Below, in pieces: positions 12,936 to 24,885 of a DNA stretch of 64,000 nt (position 1 is its first letter; every line of letters starts with the position of its first letter). A model generated the notes under the pieces. That model was not told where the DNA came from, searched no databases, and worked only from the letters and a program-made list of their open reading frames with translations. The stretch lies in NCBI GenBank assembly GCA_035221665.1, contig CM069154.1, forward strand, positions 5,146,001 to 5,210,000, read 5' to 3'. This stretch comes from Okamejei kenojei (Eukaryota). The position numbers and the translations under genes are program-made.

Positions 12936-15466
12936 ATGTGTTAGGGGAGGAATTAGGTCATTTGGCCCATTTTTGTCTACTCCACCATTCAATCATGGCT
13001 GATCTATCTCTCCCTCTCAACCCCATTCTCTTCCCTTCTCCCCATATCGCTTGACACCCATACTAATCGAGAACCTGTGAATCTTAAAAATACCCAGTGA
13101 CTTGGCCCTCATTGGAAACACGGTAAAAGCTTTTCCCTGTACGTGGGAACAAACGACAACAATAAACTGAGCTCATGAATCACCAAAGTTTGTGAGACAC
13201 AAGGAATTGCAGGTGCTGGAATCTTGAGCAAAACACAAAGTGCTGGAGTAACTCAGCAGGTCCGGCAGCATCTGTGGAAGGAATGAACGGACGATGTATA
13301 GGGTTGGGACCTTTCTTCAGATGATGTGTGTGCGTTGGTGTGACAGTGACGGGCAGGGGGAGAGGGTGAGGGGGCGGTTCCACCCCTCCTGCCCCAGTGA
13401 GGGGACGGCAGAGGTTCTGGTCCTGGAGCGATCGTCTTTGGGGAAATGAGCCGCCAGCAGCAGAACCGCCGGTCCCCGTTCACGAGGTCCCCCCCCCCCC
13501 CACACACACACATACACACACACTGCTCCTTGGACAGTGGGCTCATGGACCCCTGTAAATGTGCTCCCCCCCTTCACCCCGACCCCCGGCGATGTGGCAC
13601 CGAGTCACCGTCAGGACCGAGGCCGGGAATTCCCAGGCTGGAATGTTCACATCTGGGAGAGTGAGGAGAGATAGTCAACGTACCTTCAGAAACCTTCAAT
13701 GAGATGGAGGTCCTTTCATTTGCTTGAAAAGATTCCCTTTTTTACTATCACACACCAGTAGCGTCCTTCATCACTCTTCTCCAGGTTGGCGATGGTTACT
13801 GAAAGTATCCGTTGTGTTTTGTTATCAGTCATCGATGTTCTCCCTTGTCGTGGGTCATCAGTAGAAACCACGGTCTTAGATAATGGCCGGTAATAATAAC
13901 CTTTACTCCATAGCTTCCCATACTGTTGTCACTGTATTCCTGACCATACCGACATTCCACAGTGACCGACTGCCCCAACTCTCTCCTCACCTCCTTTGGT
14001 CCAGTTATTCCCCCTGACCCTGTTGGCACATGAATGATGAAAGATCACTCACACTGCAGCAACACAAGCTGAGGTTTAACAATAAAAAACATGTCATTTG
14101 TGCTGTTCAGACAGGTTCATGGTTTTGCATAGATCATGTGTAGCAAGGAACTGCAGGTGCTGGTTTACACCAAAGATTGACACAAAGAGCTGGAGTAACT
14201 CGGCAGGTAGACAAAAATCTGGAGAAACTCAGCTTTGGTGAGGGCGGAAAGCATCTATGTTGACTTTCAGGTCCCCCTTCTCTCCAGAGATGGCAGATCA
14301 GGCAGCATCTCTGGAGTAAAAGGGCAGGTGTCTCTTTTCGCATAGATCCTGACCCTTTGATGTTTTTTCCCGGTTGTTAACCCCTGTCAACATCCCTTTC
14401 CAGTGCAGTTTGGCCCACACTGACCTGTCTGTCCTGGGCCTCCTCCATCCAGAGTGAGGCCACATGCAACGTTGGAGGAACTCGTACCTGCAATTGTCCA
14501 CGCTCAGCAGGTAGTTTTACACTCGTGACAACGGTTTGAAACGTTGAAATTCTCTAATTTTTAACTATCTTTAAACTCTGCAAGTACCTTCCCGTTCTAT
14601 CTTGACCCCCTTTCTTATTCCCACCTTGGGTGAGGGCCAAAGATAGTTTTCCCCCACCTGGTTCTGGAGGTTCTGGTTAGAATTACGATGGGCTCCGGGA
14701 AAATGAGAGCAAATATAAATGCTGAACCGCGGTAACACGGGATATTCCGTATCCAGAGGGCTGAAAGTTGTCTGAGATCCCCCCCTATTTGACTGCAGGA
14801 GTCCTGCGGGACAGTGGGCCCAGTAAAATGAAAAAAAATGAAACTATCACCACCAACCACCAGAACCCCCCCCCCCAGACCCGTCACCCGACCCCCGTGG
14901 GATGTGTGCAACATTCATTCCATCAGGACTGAGGCCGAAATTCCCCCCTGACCCCGAAACAATAATCCAAGTTTCCCAAAACATTGGGAGCGTGAGGAGA
15001 GATCGTCAACGTACCTTCAGAAACCATCCCTTCTCTCCAATGAGATGGAGGTCGATTCATTGTGTGAATGTTACTCCCTTTTGTGTCTATTTTACACACA
15101 CAGTAGAATCGTCCTTCTTTATGTATAGAAACATCTCACTTCTCCAGGTTTTTTTCTGATGGGATTAAAACTAATTAAATGTGGGAACAAACTAATGCTG
15201 GAAATTGTGTTTTGTCTAAATCAGTTATCGATGTTCATTGTCGTGGGTCATCAGTAGAAACCACGGTAGAAGATGACTGGCAAATCATCACCATATGTCC
15301 TACTCCCGCTGTTGTTAATTTGCTCTATATTTTCGAATCATACAGCTGGACATTTCCACAGTGACCGACTGCCCCAACTCTCCCCCCCCCCTCCGGGTTC
15401 CTTACCCCTTGACCCTGTGGGCACATAATTATGAAAGAATCTCACTGCAGCAACACAAGCTGAGTT

Positions 15467-17425
15467 TAAGTAAGTAAGGTAAGTTTGGATTGGCGAAGTA
15501 TTCACATACAAGCAGGGGGAATTTGCCCTTGTGCTCAGCAGTAGGCCCAGGAACCACGCACGTATATATACAACATGACATACATATATATATGTGTGTG
15601 TGTGTCTACAGTTACGATATCACTCAGAAAATATATAAATAAATATATATAATAATAATAATATATTAATGACAAAACACCATTGATTCAAGCATGTGAA
15701 CCAACAAAATATCACATGTCCATCAAAGTGCTACAGATTTTTGGCATGTTGGTAGAGCAACTACTCGTGGATAAAAACAGTTTTTTATGTGGCAGTACTT
15801 TTGACAATGGAGTCGCCATACTGAGAGAAGTGATTCAAAGAGTTTAGAAACATGGCCAGCGTGAGAGGGGTCAGAGGATGATCTTGCCCTGCTCGCTTCC
15901 TGCCCTTGCAGTGTACAGTTCATCAATGGAGGGAAGGTTGCAGCCAATAACCTTCTCAGTATCGGACGATTCGTTGCAGCCTCCAGGTACGTGATCTTGG
16001 TGGCTGAGCCTCTTAAATATAGCCAATGACCAACCTGATGGAGAAGGTGAGAATTCACAGACTCTACGATGGCCGTGTAGGAATTGGACCATATATGCCT
16101 ATTGTGCTTCCTCATGCCGTAGGATACATCCTTGTTTGTGCCATAAATTTGACTGTGGAGTTGATTGCCCCAAGCAAAGGTTGAGAGGTGATTTCCCAGG
16201 AACTTAAACGACTTGCCAAACGTGAAGCTGGGACGTTGCGCCGTGTTTTGATGGTAAGTGAGGTGAGGGGAGAGTCTGCTGTTACAATCTTTCGGATTCT
16301 ATTCTGCACAGAAAAATGTCTTAAATTTGTCTTTGTGCCGCTCTCCTGGGAGCATTGAACACCCTTAGGGCTTCGCGTTTTGCTCCACCAGGATCGCTCG
16401 CTGTGTACGGCCTTCCTCGGCCAACACGGAGGCCTGATTTCTGAAAACAAAGTACAGACCGCATCATCTTCTTCCGCCCACCCGTCCACGGGTTTCAACC
16501 TTAAAACCTTGGGAATATTTAAAGAATATATTAGGGACATTGGATTGTCTGAAGAAGGGTCCCGAGCAGAAACGCAGCCTTGTGGTGTGTGTGTATGTGT
16601 GCGTTGTGCGTGTGTGTGTGTGTGTGTGCTTTCCCAGTGCTGCTTGTGTGTCAGAAGCTGTGTGATCCACCGTGTTCAGGCACAGTCAACTTGGAAAGTT
16701 TGTGTGTGTGTGTGTGTGTAGCTGTGTGGTGTTGTGGTGTATCCTCGCATAGGTCCCCTGGTGGTCTGTGGATGAAGTGCAGGTTTGACTGCATCATCCA
16801 CAGTGTGTATCTGTGTGTGTATGTTGTGTAATAGATCTGTTGTGTGTTGTTTCAACTTGGTGTTTGTCGTGTGTCTTCATGTGTACAGAGGTGTGTGACA
16901 GGCCTGTAGTCATTAAGTAATCCTTGCCTTTTTGTGTGTGTGTGTAGTGGAGACTTGTGGTCAGGCGGCCGCTCAAAGTTTTGCAGTCACCCGACTGGTT
17001 TAAAATGTCTGTGTGCCGGAGACCGGCGGCCAGCTAATTGGCCACAAGCTAAAACCCATAAGAGTCAATGGGGGAAACATTGGCCATCTCTGGAGATTTC
17101 CCTTTTTTGTCCGGGCTGAATACGCCTCTCCTCCTCACTCAAGTATTTGACCCCATTATTGATCCCATTTGATAAGTGATGTTTAAAATTAAAGCACCAA
17201 GAATGCACACCACGTTATTGGTGTACTGGGTGATTTTGGTGTGAAGTAGGTCCAGATAGGAGGGGGGTGCGGCGTAGAAGGAGCCCAGTCCTTTGTGAAC
17301 ATTGTGGGTGTTATTAAGTGACAGTCTTTTCATACGGAGTTGGCCTCAAGTAGGTGTGAAGTGGTGAATGGGAAGGAGAGGAAGTTGGCCGGTCAATGAC
17401 ATACCCGTCTGGCTCGGTTGGTTAC
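15467..17425 (-). mobile_element. Rex1-like LINE, scrambled counterpart of 57334-59143
   Basis: Same position upstream of D1, (ACTT)n tail, recognisable blocks such as EKVIGCNLPSIDELYTARA, but many indels. Confidence 0.7.
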
Positions 17426-17897
17426 ACAATAAAAAACTTGAATTTGTGCTGTACACAGCCACGAGTCTTTCATGGTACCTCGTGGTTTCAAAGATCATCA
17501 CACCGTGCAGGGCATTAGGATTCCCATTTGCACCGGGATTGTTCCCCACACCAGTGAAAGATAGACACTCCCTGAATCTACTGGAGTTCCTCCTTCCCTT
17601 GTGGGCGTGGCTTGACCTGGTGGTGGTCATCTCTGTGAGAAACCAACGGGTTTCAATCACTCTGACAATGTGTTCAATCTCACTACAACCCACATCCCCA
17701 TTGAACTAGTAGAAACAAGGAACTGCAGATGCTGGTTAATACACAAAAGGACACAAAGTGCTGGAATAAATCAACGGGTCAGGAACTATCTCTGGAGAAA
17801 GTGGATAGGTGACAAATCATAGAAACATATAAACATAGAAAATAGGCGCAGGAGTAGGCAATTCGGCCCTTCGAGCCAGCACTGCCATTCAATATGA

Positions 17898-18497
17898 TTT
17901 TCAATCAAAGACTTTATTGTCATTCAAAAATACACCAACAAATGCAAGTTGGAATGAAATTCCGTTGCATCTGGCTCACCGTGTAACATAAAATAACAAA
18001 AGGATAAAATATATAAAAGATAAAATAGATAAAAAGATGAAATAGATAATAGTGGCGGCACATTATATGGAATTCAAGAGTCTGATGGCTCGGGGGGGAA
18101 GAGCTGTTGCAGAACCTGGCCGTTCTGCTCCTTATACTGCGATACCTTTTGCCCGAGGGCAGCAGAGTGAACAGTCCATGATGGAGATGTGTGGGGTCTT
18201 TTATAATGCTGTTGGCCTTGGACAAGCAACGTTTGCGCGCAATGTCCCGGATTGAAGGAAGAGAAGTCCCGATGATTTTTTCAGCCGTCCTCACCACTCT
18301 CTGCACGGACTTCCAGTCGGAGGCTTTGCAGTCCCCAAACCAGACAGATGCAGCTGGTCAAAATGCTCTCTATGGTGCCCCTGTAGAAAGTGGTGAGGAC
18401 GGGATGGGGAGGTGAGCTCTTATCCGGCGCAGAAAGTGCAAACGCTGCTGTGCTCTCTTTATTAGTGATGCGATGTTTTTGTGACAAGGTCAGGCTG
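17898..18497 (-). mobile_element. Rex1/Babar-like LINE 3' fragment inserted in a CR1 tail (paralog ~59552-60153)
   Basis: QRVVRTAEKIIGTSLPSI...LLPSGKRYRSIRSRT. Confidence 0.82.
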
Positions 18498-19119
18498 TTC
18501 ATGGCTGATCATCCAAAATCAGTACCCCTTCTGCTTGCTCCCCCTATCCAATGATTCCATTAGCCCTAAGAGCTATATCTAACTCTCTCTTGAATACATC
18601 CAGTGAATTGGCCTCCACTGCCCTCTGTGGCAAAGAATTCTACAGATTCACACTCTGGGTGAAAAGGTTTTTCCTCATCTGCCTACCCCTTATTCAGGTC
18701 TCAACCCAAAACGTCACCTATCGATGTTCTCCAGAGATGCTGCCTGACCTGCTGCCTTACTCCCAGCACTTTGTGCTTTACTAAAGCTGAATAGCCAGCT
18801 GCCTGTGGTGTCAGTGGGGACTCAGCAGGTCAGGCAGCATCTGTGGACAACATGGATAGGTGACGTTTCAAGTCTAAGACCATGAGATACTGCCTGACCT
18901 ACAGAGTTACGTCAGCACTTTGTGCCCATTGAACTAAACTTCCCGGCCTGTGGTGGAAGCTGGATCTGCCACTGATGTTTCAAACTCCACGTCCACCTGG
19001 AATAATTATGATGTGTCTTTTTCACACAAAGGCTGGTGGGTGTATGGATGAAGCTGCCAGAGGAGGTAATTGAGGCAGGGACTATCCCATCATTTAAGAA
19101 ACAGTTAGACAGGTACATG

Positions 19120-20123
19120 CAGGGCCGGCCTTAGGAGTTGTGGGGCCCAAGTGTAACTATTTTGGTGAGCCCCAGGTTCCCAGTCAAGGTCTAGATTCAT
19201 AGAAATATAATTAAAGTCTATTCTGGACTTTATATCTCTATGGTAGAATGCAAAGTAATCAACATTTGCACTTAAAAAGTGCATGCGACTTAATGGACCA
19301 AACTGATCTAAGCTACTTTTAATATAAAAATTGCATACATGTAAGCCTACAAGTAACAAAACAAAAATGTGTAGATCACCTCTGAAAAGTACATAGTTAC
19401 AATACCACATGTTTTTGTGACTGTGAAATGATTTAAAAAAAAGTAATTTAATTAAATAGATCCTGGAAAACCAATAACCATTGGTGAAAAACCAATCCAG
19501 GCATTAAATTTTGGGCTTCAGCCCCATCCTACCTTTGGACTTCTACCCCATCCTAACTTAGTTGTGTGTGTTAGTTGTCTGTGCGTGATGTGTGTGTGTG
19601 GAGGGAAGGAGAGAAGGTGAGGAAGGAAGGGAGGAAGGGAGATAGGAAGAAGGGAAGGGAGGGAAGAAGGGAAGGAGAGAAGGGAGGGTGAGGGGCCCGT
19701 GGCGGGAGCTGAGGCCGGGTTCCAGCGGGATGGGTGGAGCTGAGGCCGATGTTTGTAAACGTTGCTCCAACCCCCTGCCCGGCCCACCCTGTATTGATCA
19801 CAGTGTCTCCCCGGGGAGAGAGGGGTGGAGCTGGGGCTGTGTGCGTGAAGCACGGTGACTGGAGGGGTGGGAGCGCTGCCGTGAGCGAATGACCCACCTC
19901 CCCCTCTCCCCCTTCACCCCTTTCTCCATTCCCCCTCACACCCCCCTCCCCATCTACCCCTTTCTTCCCCCTCCATCCCTCTACTCTCTCTCCGACCCTC
20001 TCTCCCCTCTCTCCACCCGGGGTAGATCTACCGAGCCGAGAGTAGATTATTCTGGCACGGGGCCCCCTTACTTGCAGGGCCCAATTGGGAGCAATCGGTC
20101 CAAACGGCTTATGGCCGGCTCTG
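19120..20123. mobile_element. Non-autonomous hAT-like DNA transposon (MITE), unit A
   Basis: TIR cagggccggcctta...tatggccggctctg, 8-bp TSD ggtacatg, inserted in a CR1 3' fragment. Confidence 0.82.
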
Positions 20124-23100
20124 GGTACATGGATAGGATAGGTTCATTCATACTAGGAGCAGAATTAGGCCATTTGGCCCATCAAGTCTACTCTCCTCCA
20201 TTCAATCATGGCTGATTTACCTTTCCCTCTCAACTAAATCCTCCTGCCTTCTATCCAAGACTCCTGACACCAGTACTGATCTAGAATCTATCTATCTCTG
20301 CCTTAGAAATATCTATTGACGGCCTCCACAGCCTTCTGTGGCAATGAATTCCACAGTTTCACTACCTTCTGAATAAATAAATTCCTCCTCATCTCCTTCC
20401 TAAATGAACTTTAATTCTTTAATTCTGAAGCTGCGACCTCTGGTCCTAGACTCTCCCACTAGTGGAAACATCCTCCACCATCCACTCTATCCAGGCCTTT
20501 CACTATTTGGTAAGTTTCAGTGAGGTCCACAAGGCAAGGCAAGCTGTAGGTAGTTATCTCCCTCCTCCACAGGGAGCAAGCTGTGTGCAATTTGGCTGCA
20601 CACAACACGACAACAACCGCTGATGGAAGTCTCTACAGGAAGTGTTGAGCAATTCATCATCAGCTCCCCACACAGTACAGAGAGGTCTGTGGTTACAAAT
20701 AATTCAAGGCGCTGGTAAATAATTCTAAAGAACAGAGCATTTTGTAAAACAACGATTTACCTGGTGTGAGACCAACAGCGACAAGAACCAACAGAGCGAC
20801 TGTTCCCCTGGATCTGGGCCGTTTCTGGTGGGTGAATTCTCCCTGTCCCACTGCCATGTCTTGGTTGCGTTGGATCGGTTTGGACCCTGCACTGCGTTTG
20901 AGTTGTCCTCTTCCTCATTCACAACAGAAGTCAAACAGTCAATGTCCGTTTACTCAGGAAACGACTTTGCAGTGGTTCGAGACTAAAGTTGGTGACTCAC
21001 TTGCCACCTCCCCCAGCCTCCTCACCACGGACAATGCACCTATCAGGAGTGAGCTGCAATGCTCTCCTGTTGCCTGGATTGGAGCATCTCCTCGAAGCTC
21101 TGCTTCATTCTGGTGACGTTTGCCCACTTGACTGGCGCTCTGTCCACCACCGCAAACATTCCCTTGCCCACCCCCTCAACCCCCTCCCCAAATGTGGGCA
21201 CACTGTTTCTGAACTTGTATTGGTTTAGGAGGCGGAGATCAGCCATGTTTGAATGGCGGGTAGACTTGATGGGCCGAATGGCCAAATTCTACTCCTGGAA
21301 TGTGTGAGCATTTTCACAGAAAATTGTGAGTCTGTGGAATCCTCTGCCTCAGAGGGCGGTGGAGGCCGGTTGCCTGGATACTTTCAAGAGAGAACTAGAT
21401 AGGGCTCTTAAAGATAGCGGAGTCAGGGGATATGGGGAGAAGGCAGGAACGGGGTACTGATTGTGGATGATCAGCTGGCTCGAAGGGCCAAATAGCCAAT
21501 CCTGCACCTATAGTTTATTGTCTATTGTCTATTGCCACATGCAATCAGATAAGTCCAGTCATGTCACCAGATAAACTCCTTGAAGGACAATTTACATATT
21601 TGAGCATCGGAGACCAGGTAAAGCTTAGTTTGAGGATGTGATTCATAAAATCGTAGAGTGATACAGCACGGAAACAGCTTGCCAATGCCGATGAAGATGC
21701 CCCATGTACGCTAGTCCCTCTTTCGTTTAGTTTAGTTTAGAGATACAATACAGAAACAGGCCCTCTGGCCCACCGTGTCCACACCATCCAGTGATCCCCG
21801 CACAGCAACACAAATGTTTACATTTACACCAACCCAATTAACCTATAAACCTGTACATCTTTGGAGTGTGGGAGGAAACTGAAGTTCTCGGAGAAAACTA
21901 TGTACAGACAAGCACCTGAAGCCGGGATTGAACCCGGGTATCTGCCGCTGTTATGCAATGCAAGGCAGCAACTCTACAGCTGCGCCACCGTAAAAACCAG
22001 GCCTGCATTTGACCCCTGTCCCTACAAACCTTTCCTATCCACGTTCCATGTCCTAATGCTTTTAAATGTTGTTAATAGTACCCGTCCCCACTACCTCCTC
22101 TGGACGTGCTCCTTCCATGTACCCATCAGCTTCTGTGAGATAACATTGTTGAGGTAGGATTAGGGTTGTGTGAGGGAGAAGACAAAGGAGATTGCATATA
22201 CTAGAATCTGGAACAATAGGCAGAACACCTGAAAATCTCAACGGGTCAAGCAGCATCTGTGGAGGCAAAAAGTGCATGTTTGTATTCCGGCCGAGACACT
22301 ACTTCCTGACTGAGGTTGAAAACTGGATGTTTACCAATATATGGCAGAACAAAGAGGAGATGGGTCAAACGCGGGCAAGTGGGACAAGTGGACTAGGGCG
22401 GCACGGTGGCGCAGTGGTAGAGCTGCTGCTTTACAGCGCTTACTGTCGGGTTTGATCCTGACTATGGGTGCTGTCTGTATGGAGTTTGTACGTTTTCCCC
22501 GTGACCGCCTGGGTTTTCTCCAAGATCTTCAGTTTCCTCCCACACTCCAAAAACATATAGGTTAGTTGGTTAGTTGGCTTGGTATAAGTGTAAATAGTCC
22601 CGAGTGCGTGTAGGATAGTGTTAATGCGGTGGGATCACTGTTCGGTGCGAACTCGGTGGGCTGAAGGGCCAGTTTCCACGCTGTATCTCTAAACTAAACT
22701 AAACTAGTTTAGGTTTAAAATAGAAATGCATATGCTGGAAAAATCGATGGTAGACAAAAATGCTGGAGAAACTCAGCGGATGAGGCAGCACCAATGGAGC
22801 GAAGGAATAGGTGATGTTTCGGGTCGAGACCCTTCTTCAGACTGATGTGGAGGTGGGTCTGCGGGGCGGGAAGAAGAAAGGAAGAGGCGGAGACAGTAGG
22901 CTAATTGGCTTCTGTAGGTTAATTGGCTTCTGTAAATTGTACCTAGTGTGCACGATAGAACTAGTGTATGGGTGATTGCTGGTCAGAGCGAACTTAGTGG
23001 GGCAAAGGGCATGTTTCCATGCTGTATCTCTAAACTAAACTAAACATGACAGGAACAAGCCCTCGGGCCCACAATGTCATTGCCGAACGTAATGCCAGGA

Positions 23101-23893
23101 ACCAGGCCATCTCATAGATGAACTGAGGCCCAGGCCAATTTCAATTTCAGAATTTCAAGCAGAAGCCCCTCAATTTTAGAGGCCCCCAAATCAAGATCCC
23201 TTTGAGGCTACAGGCATGAGGCCCATGCCAAATGGCACTCGTTGCCCCCCCTCTGATAGTGCTTGCCCTGAACAAACCCTTATCTGCCTGCACATAATCC
23301 ATATCTCTCCAGCCCTGCATATCCCTGTACTTATCTAAAAGTCTCTTACATCACACTCTCGTGTTCATTTCCAATAGGTTTGAAGAAGCTGTTTGTGAAA
23401 CAGGTGGATATAATTTCAAGCTTTTATATCTTCTGCCTTGATGGAGAGGGAGAAGAGGGGACGGCTGGGGTGAAAAAGGTCTTAATTATGTTGTCTGCTT
23501 TCTTGAGGCATCGTGAGGTATAGATGGCACAATGGTGGGATACGGTGCATCTATAGAATCTATAACATAGATAGGTGATGTTTCGGGTCGGGGTCCTTCT
23601 TCAGACCCGTCAAAATGTAGAAACAAGAAACCAAAGATACTGGTTTACACAAAAGACACAAAGTGCTGGAGTAACTCAGTGGGTTAGACAGCATGCCTGG
23701 AGATCAAATAGAAAAAAAATAACTGCAAAAGCTTGTTTACAAAAAGAGCAAGCAGTTGTGTTTGCCTCACCACATCCACACTTGATAACATTAACAAACA
23801 ATTGTTCCTTCCTATTTTTTCTAAGTTGCTCCATACGTTTATTGTTTGGCCAATAAAATTTAATAATAAAAAATGTAACACATTACATTATGT

Positions 23894-24026
23894 TTAAGAA
23901 AGAACTGCAGATGCTGGCAAAAGCATAGGTAGACAAAAATGCTGGAGAAACTCAGCGGGTGAGGCAGCATCTATGGAGCGAAGGAATAGGTGACGTTTCG
24001 GGTCGAGACCCTTCTTCAGACTTATT
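23894..24026 (-). repeat. Penelope-like-derived short repeat. Other copies at ~1680-1805, 13195-13320, 22725-22845, 23570-23705, 55175-55300, 56120-56290, 62190-62282
   Basis: Recurrent module gaactgcagatgctgg...ctcagcgggt(c/g)aggcagcatct...tgacgtttcgggtcgagacccttcttcagac. The family assignment comes from my recognition plus the hammerhead motif. Confidence 0.6.
23985..24026 (-). ncRNA. Minimal type I hammerhead ribozyme motif
   Basis: Minus strand reads AAUAAGU-CUGAAGA-A-GGGUC-UC-GACCC-GAAAC-GUC^ACCUAUU: CUGANGA and GAAA boxes, hairpin stem II, palindromic ACGU stem III, 6 of 7 bp in stem I. Confidence 0.65.
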
Positions 24027-24554
24027 TTATGGTCAGTATTGCAAGTGGCAATATAAACTGGAAGGTAAAAAAACAAAGCTTCTGCATAGCGGTAGAGTTG
24101 CTGCCTTACAGCTACAGAGACCCAGGTTCGATCCTGGCAATGGGTGCTGTCTGCACTGAGTTTGTATGTTGTCCCTCTGACCACGTGGGTTTCCTCCCAT
24201 ATTCCAAAGACGTGCAGGTTTGTAGGTTTTAATGTAACCCCAAAGACCATATCTTTATATTGTTAGTTGGTTACATGGTTAAATCGTTGGTTATATGGTT
24301 AACTATGTTACAGGTGACAATAAACTAAACTAACATACTAGGTTAGTTGGCTTCTGTAAATTGACTCTAGTGTGTAAGATAGACCTAGTGTAGGGGTGGT
24401 TGTTGGTCGGCGCTGACTCGATGGGCCAAAGGGCCTGTTTCCGCGCTGTATCTCTAAACGTAAAAGTCCAAGTAGAACTAAAACTGACACAAAAATTAGT
24501 TTCTAGCTTAGCTTAGATTCTAATAAATATATAAGGTTTGTGTACAACACATGG

Positions 24555-24885
24555 CCTGGAGAGAATGAATGTGAAGAGGATGTTTCCACTAGGAGATTTA
24601 GGACCAGAGGCCACAGCCCCAGAATAAAAGGATATACATTTAGAAAGGAGATGAGGAGGAATTTCTTTAGTCAGAGGTTGGTGAATCTGTGGATTTCATT
24701 GCCACAGATGGCTGTGGAGGCCAAATCAATGAATATTTTTAATGCGGAAATTGATAGATTCTTGATTAGTACGGATGCCAGAGGTTATGGGAAGAAGGGA
24801 GGAGAAAAGGGTTGAGAGGGAAAGATAGGTCAGCCAAGATTGAATGGTGGAGTAGATCTGCTCCTATCACTTATAAACTTATGAA
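24555..24885 (+). mobile_element. CR1 3' fragment (similar plus-strand fragments at 21310-21530, 27530-27850, 63730-63857)
   Basis: RTRGHSPRIKG...NFFSQRLVNLW. Confidence 0.8.

Larger units (their letters stand above)
3530..20857 (-). pseudogene. CD300/pIgR-like receptor copy A, frameshifted (pseudogene or consensus errors)
   Basis: Exons: leader 20761-20857 intact; D1 ~15015-15414 heavily scrambled; D2 13684-14019 with +5, +3 and +1 insertions vs copy B; stalk 10088-10245 with +15 in frame and a +1 frameshift; TM 9053-9160 intact; tail 3530-3788 intact. Confidence 0.75.

Noticed and set aside
16580-16945. (GT)n-rich patchwork as a novel repeat or array
   Set aside because: It replaces ordinary Rex1-like sequence seen cleanly in unit B, so it is most likely a consensus artefact.
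19558-20215. Pro/Ser/Leu-rich ORFs in intron 1 as extra exons
   Set aside because: They are low-complexity purine/pyrimidine tracts inside the hAT-type MITE, and the frames are not conserved between copies.
20725-21285. ORFs MTSVVNEEED... and MAIRPIKSTR... as separate genes
   Set aside because: They are alternative frames over the leader exon, promoter region and a CR1 tail, and have no recognisable domain.
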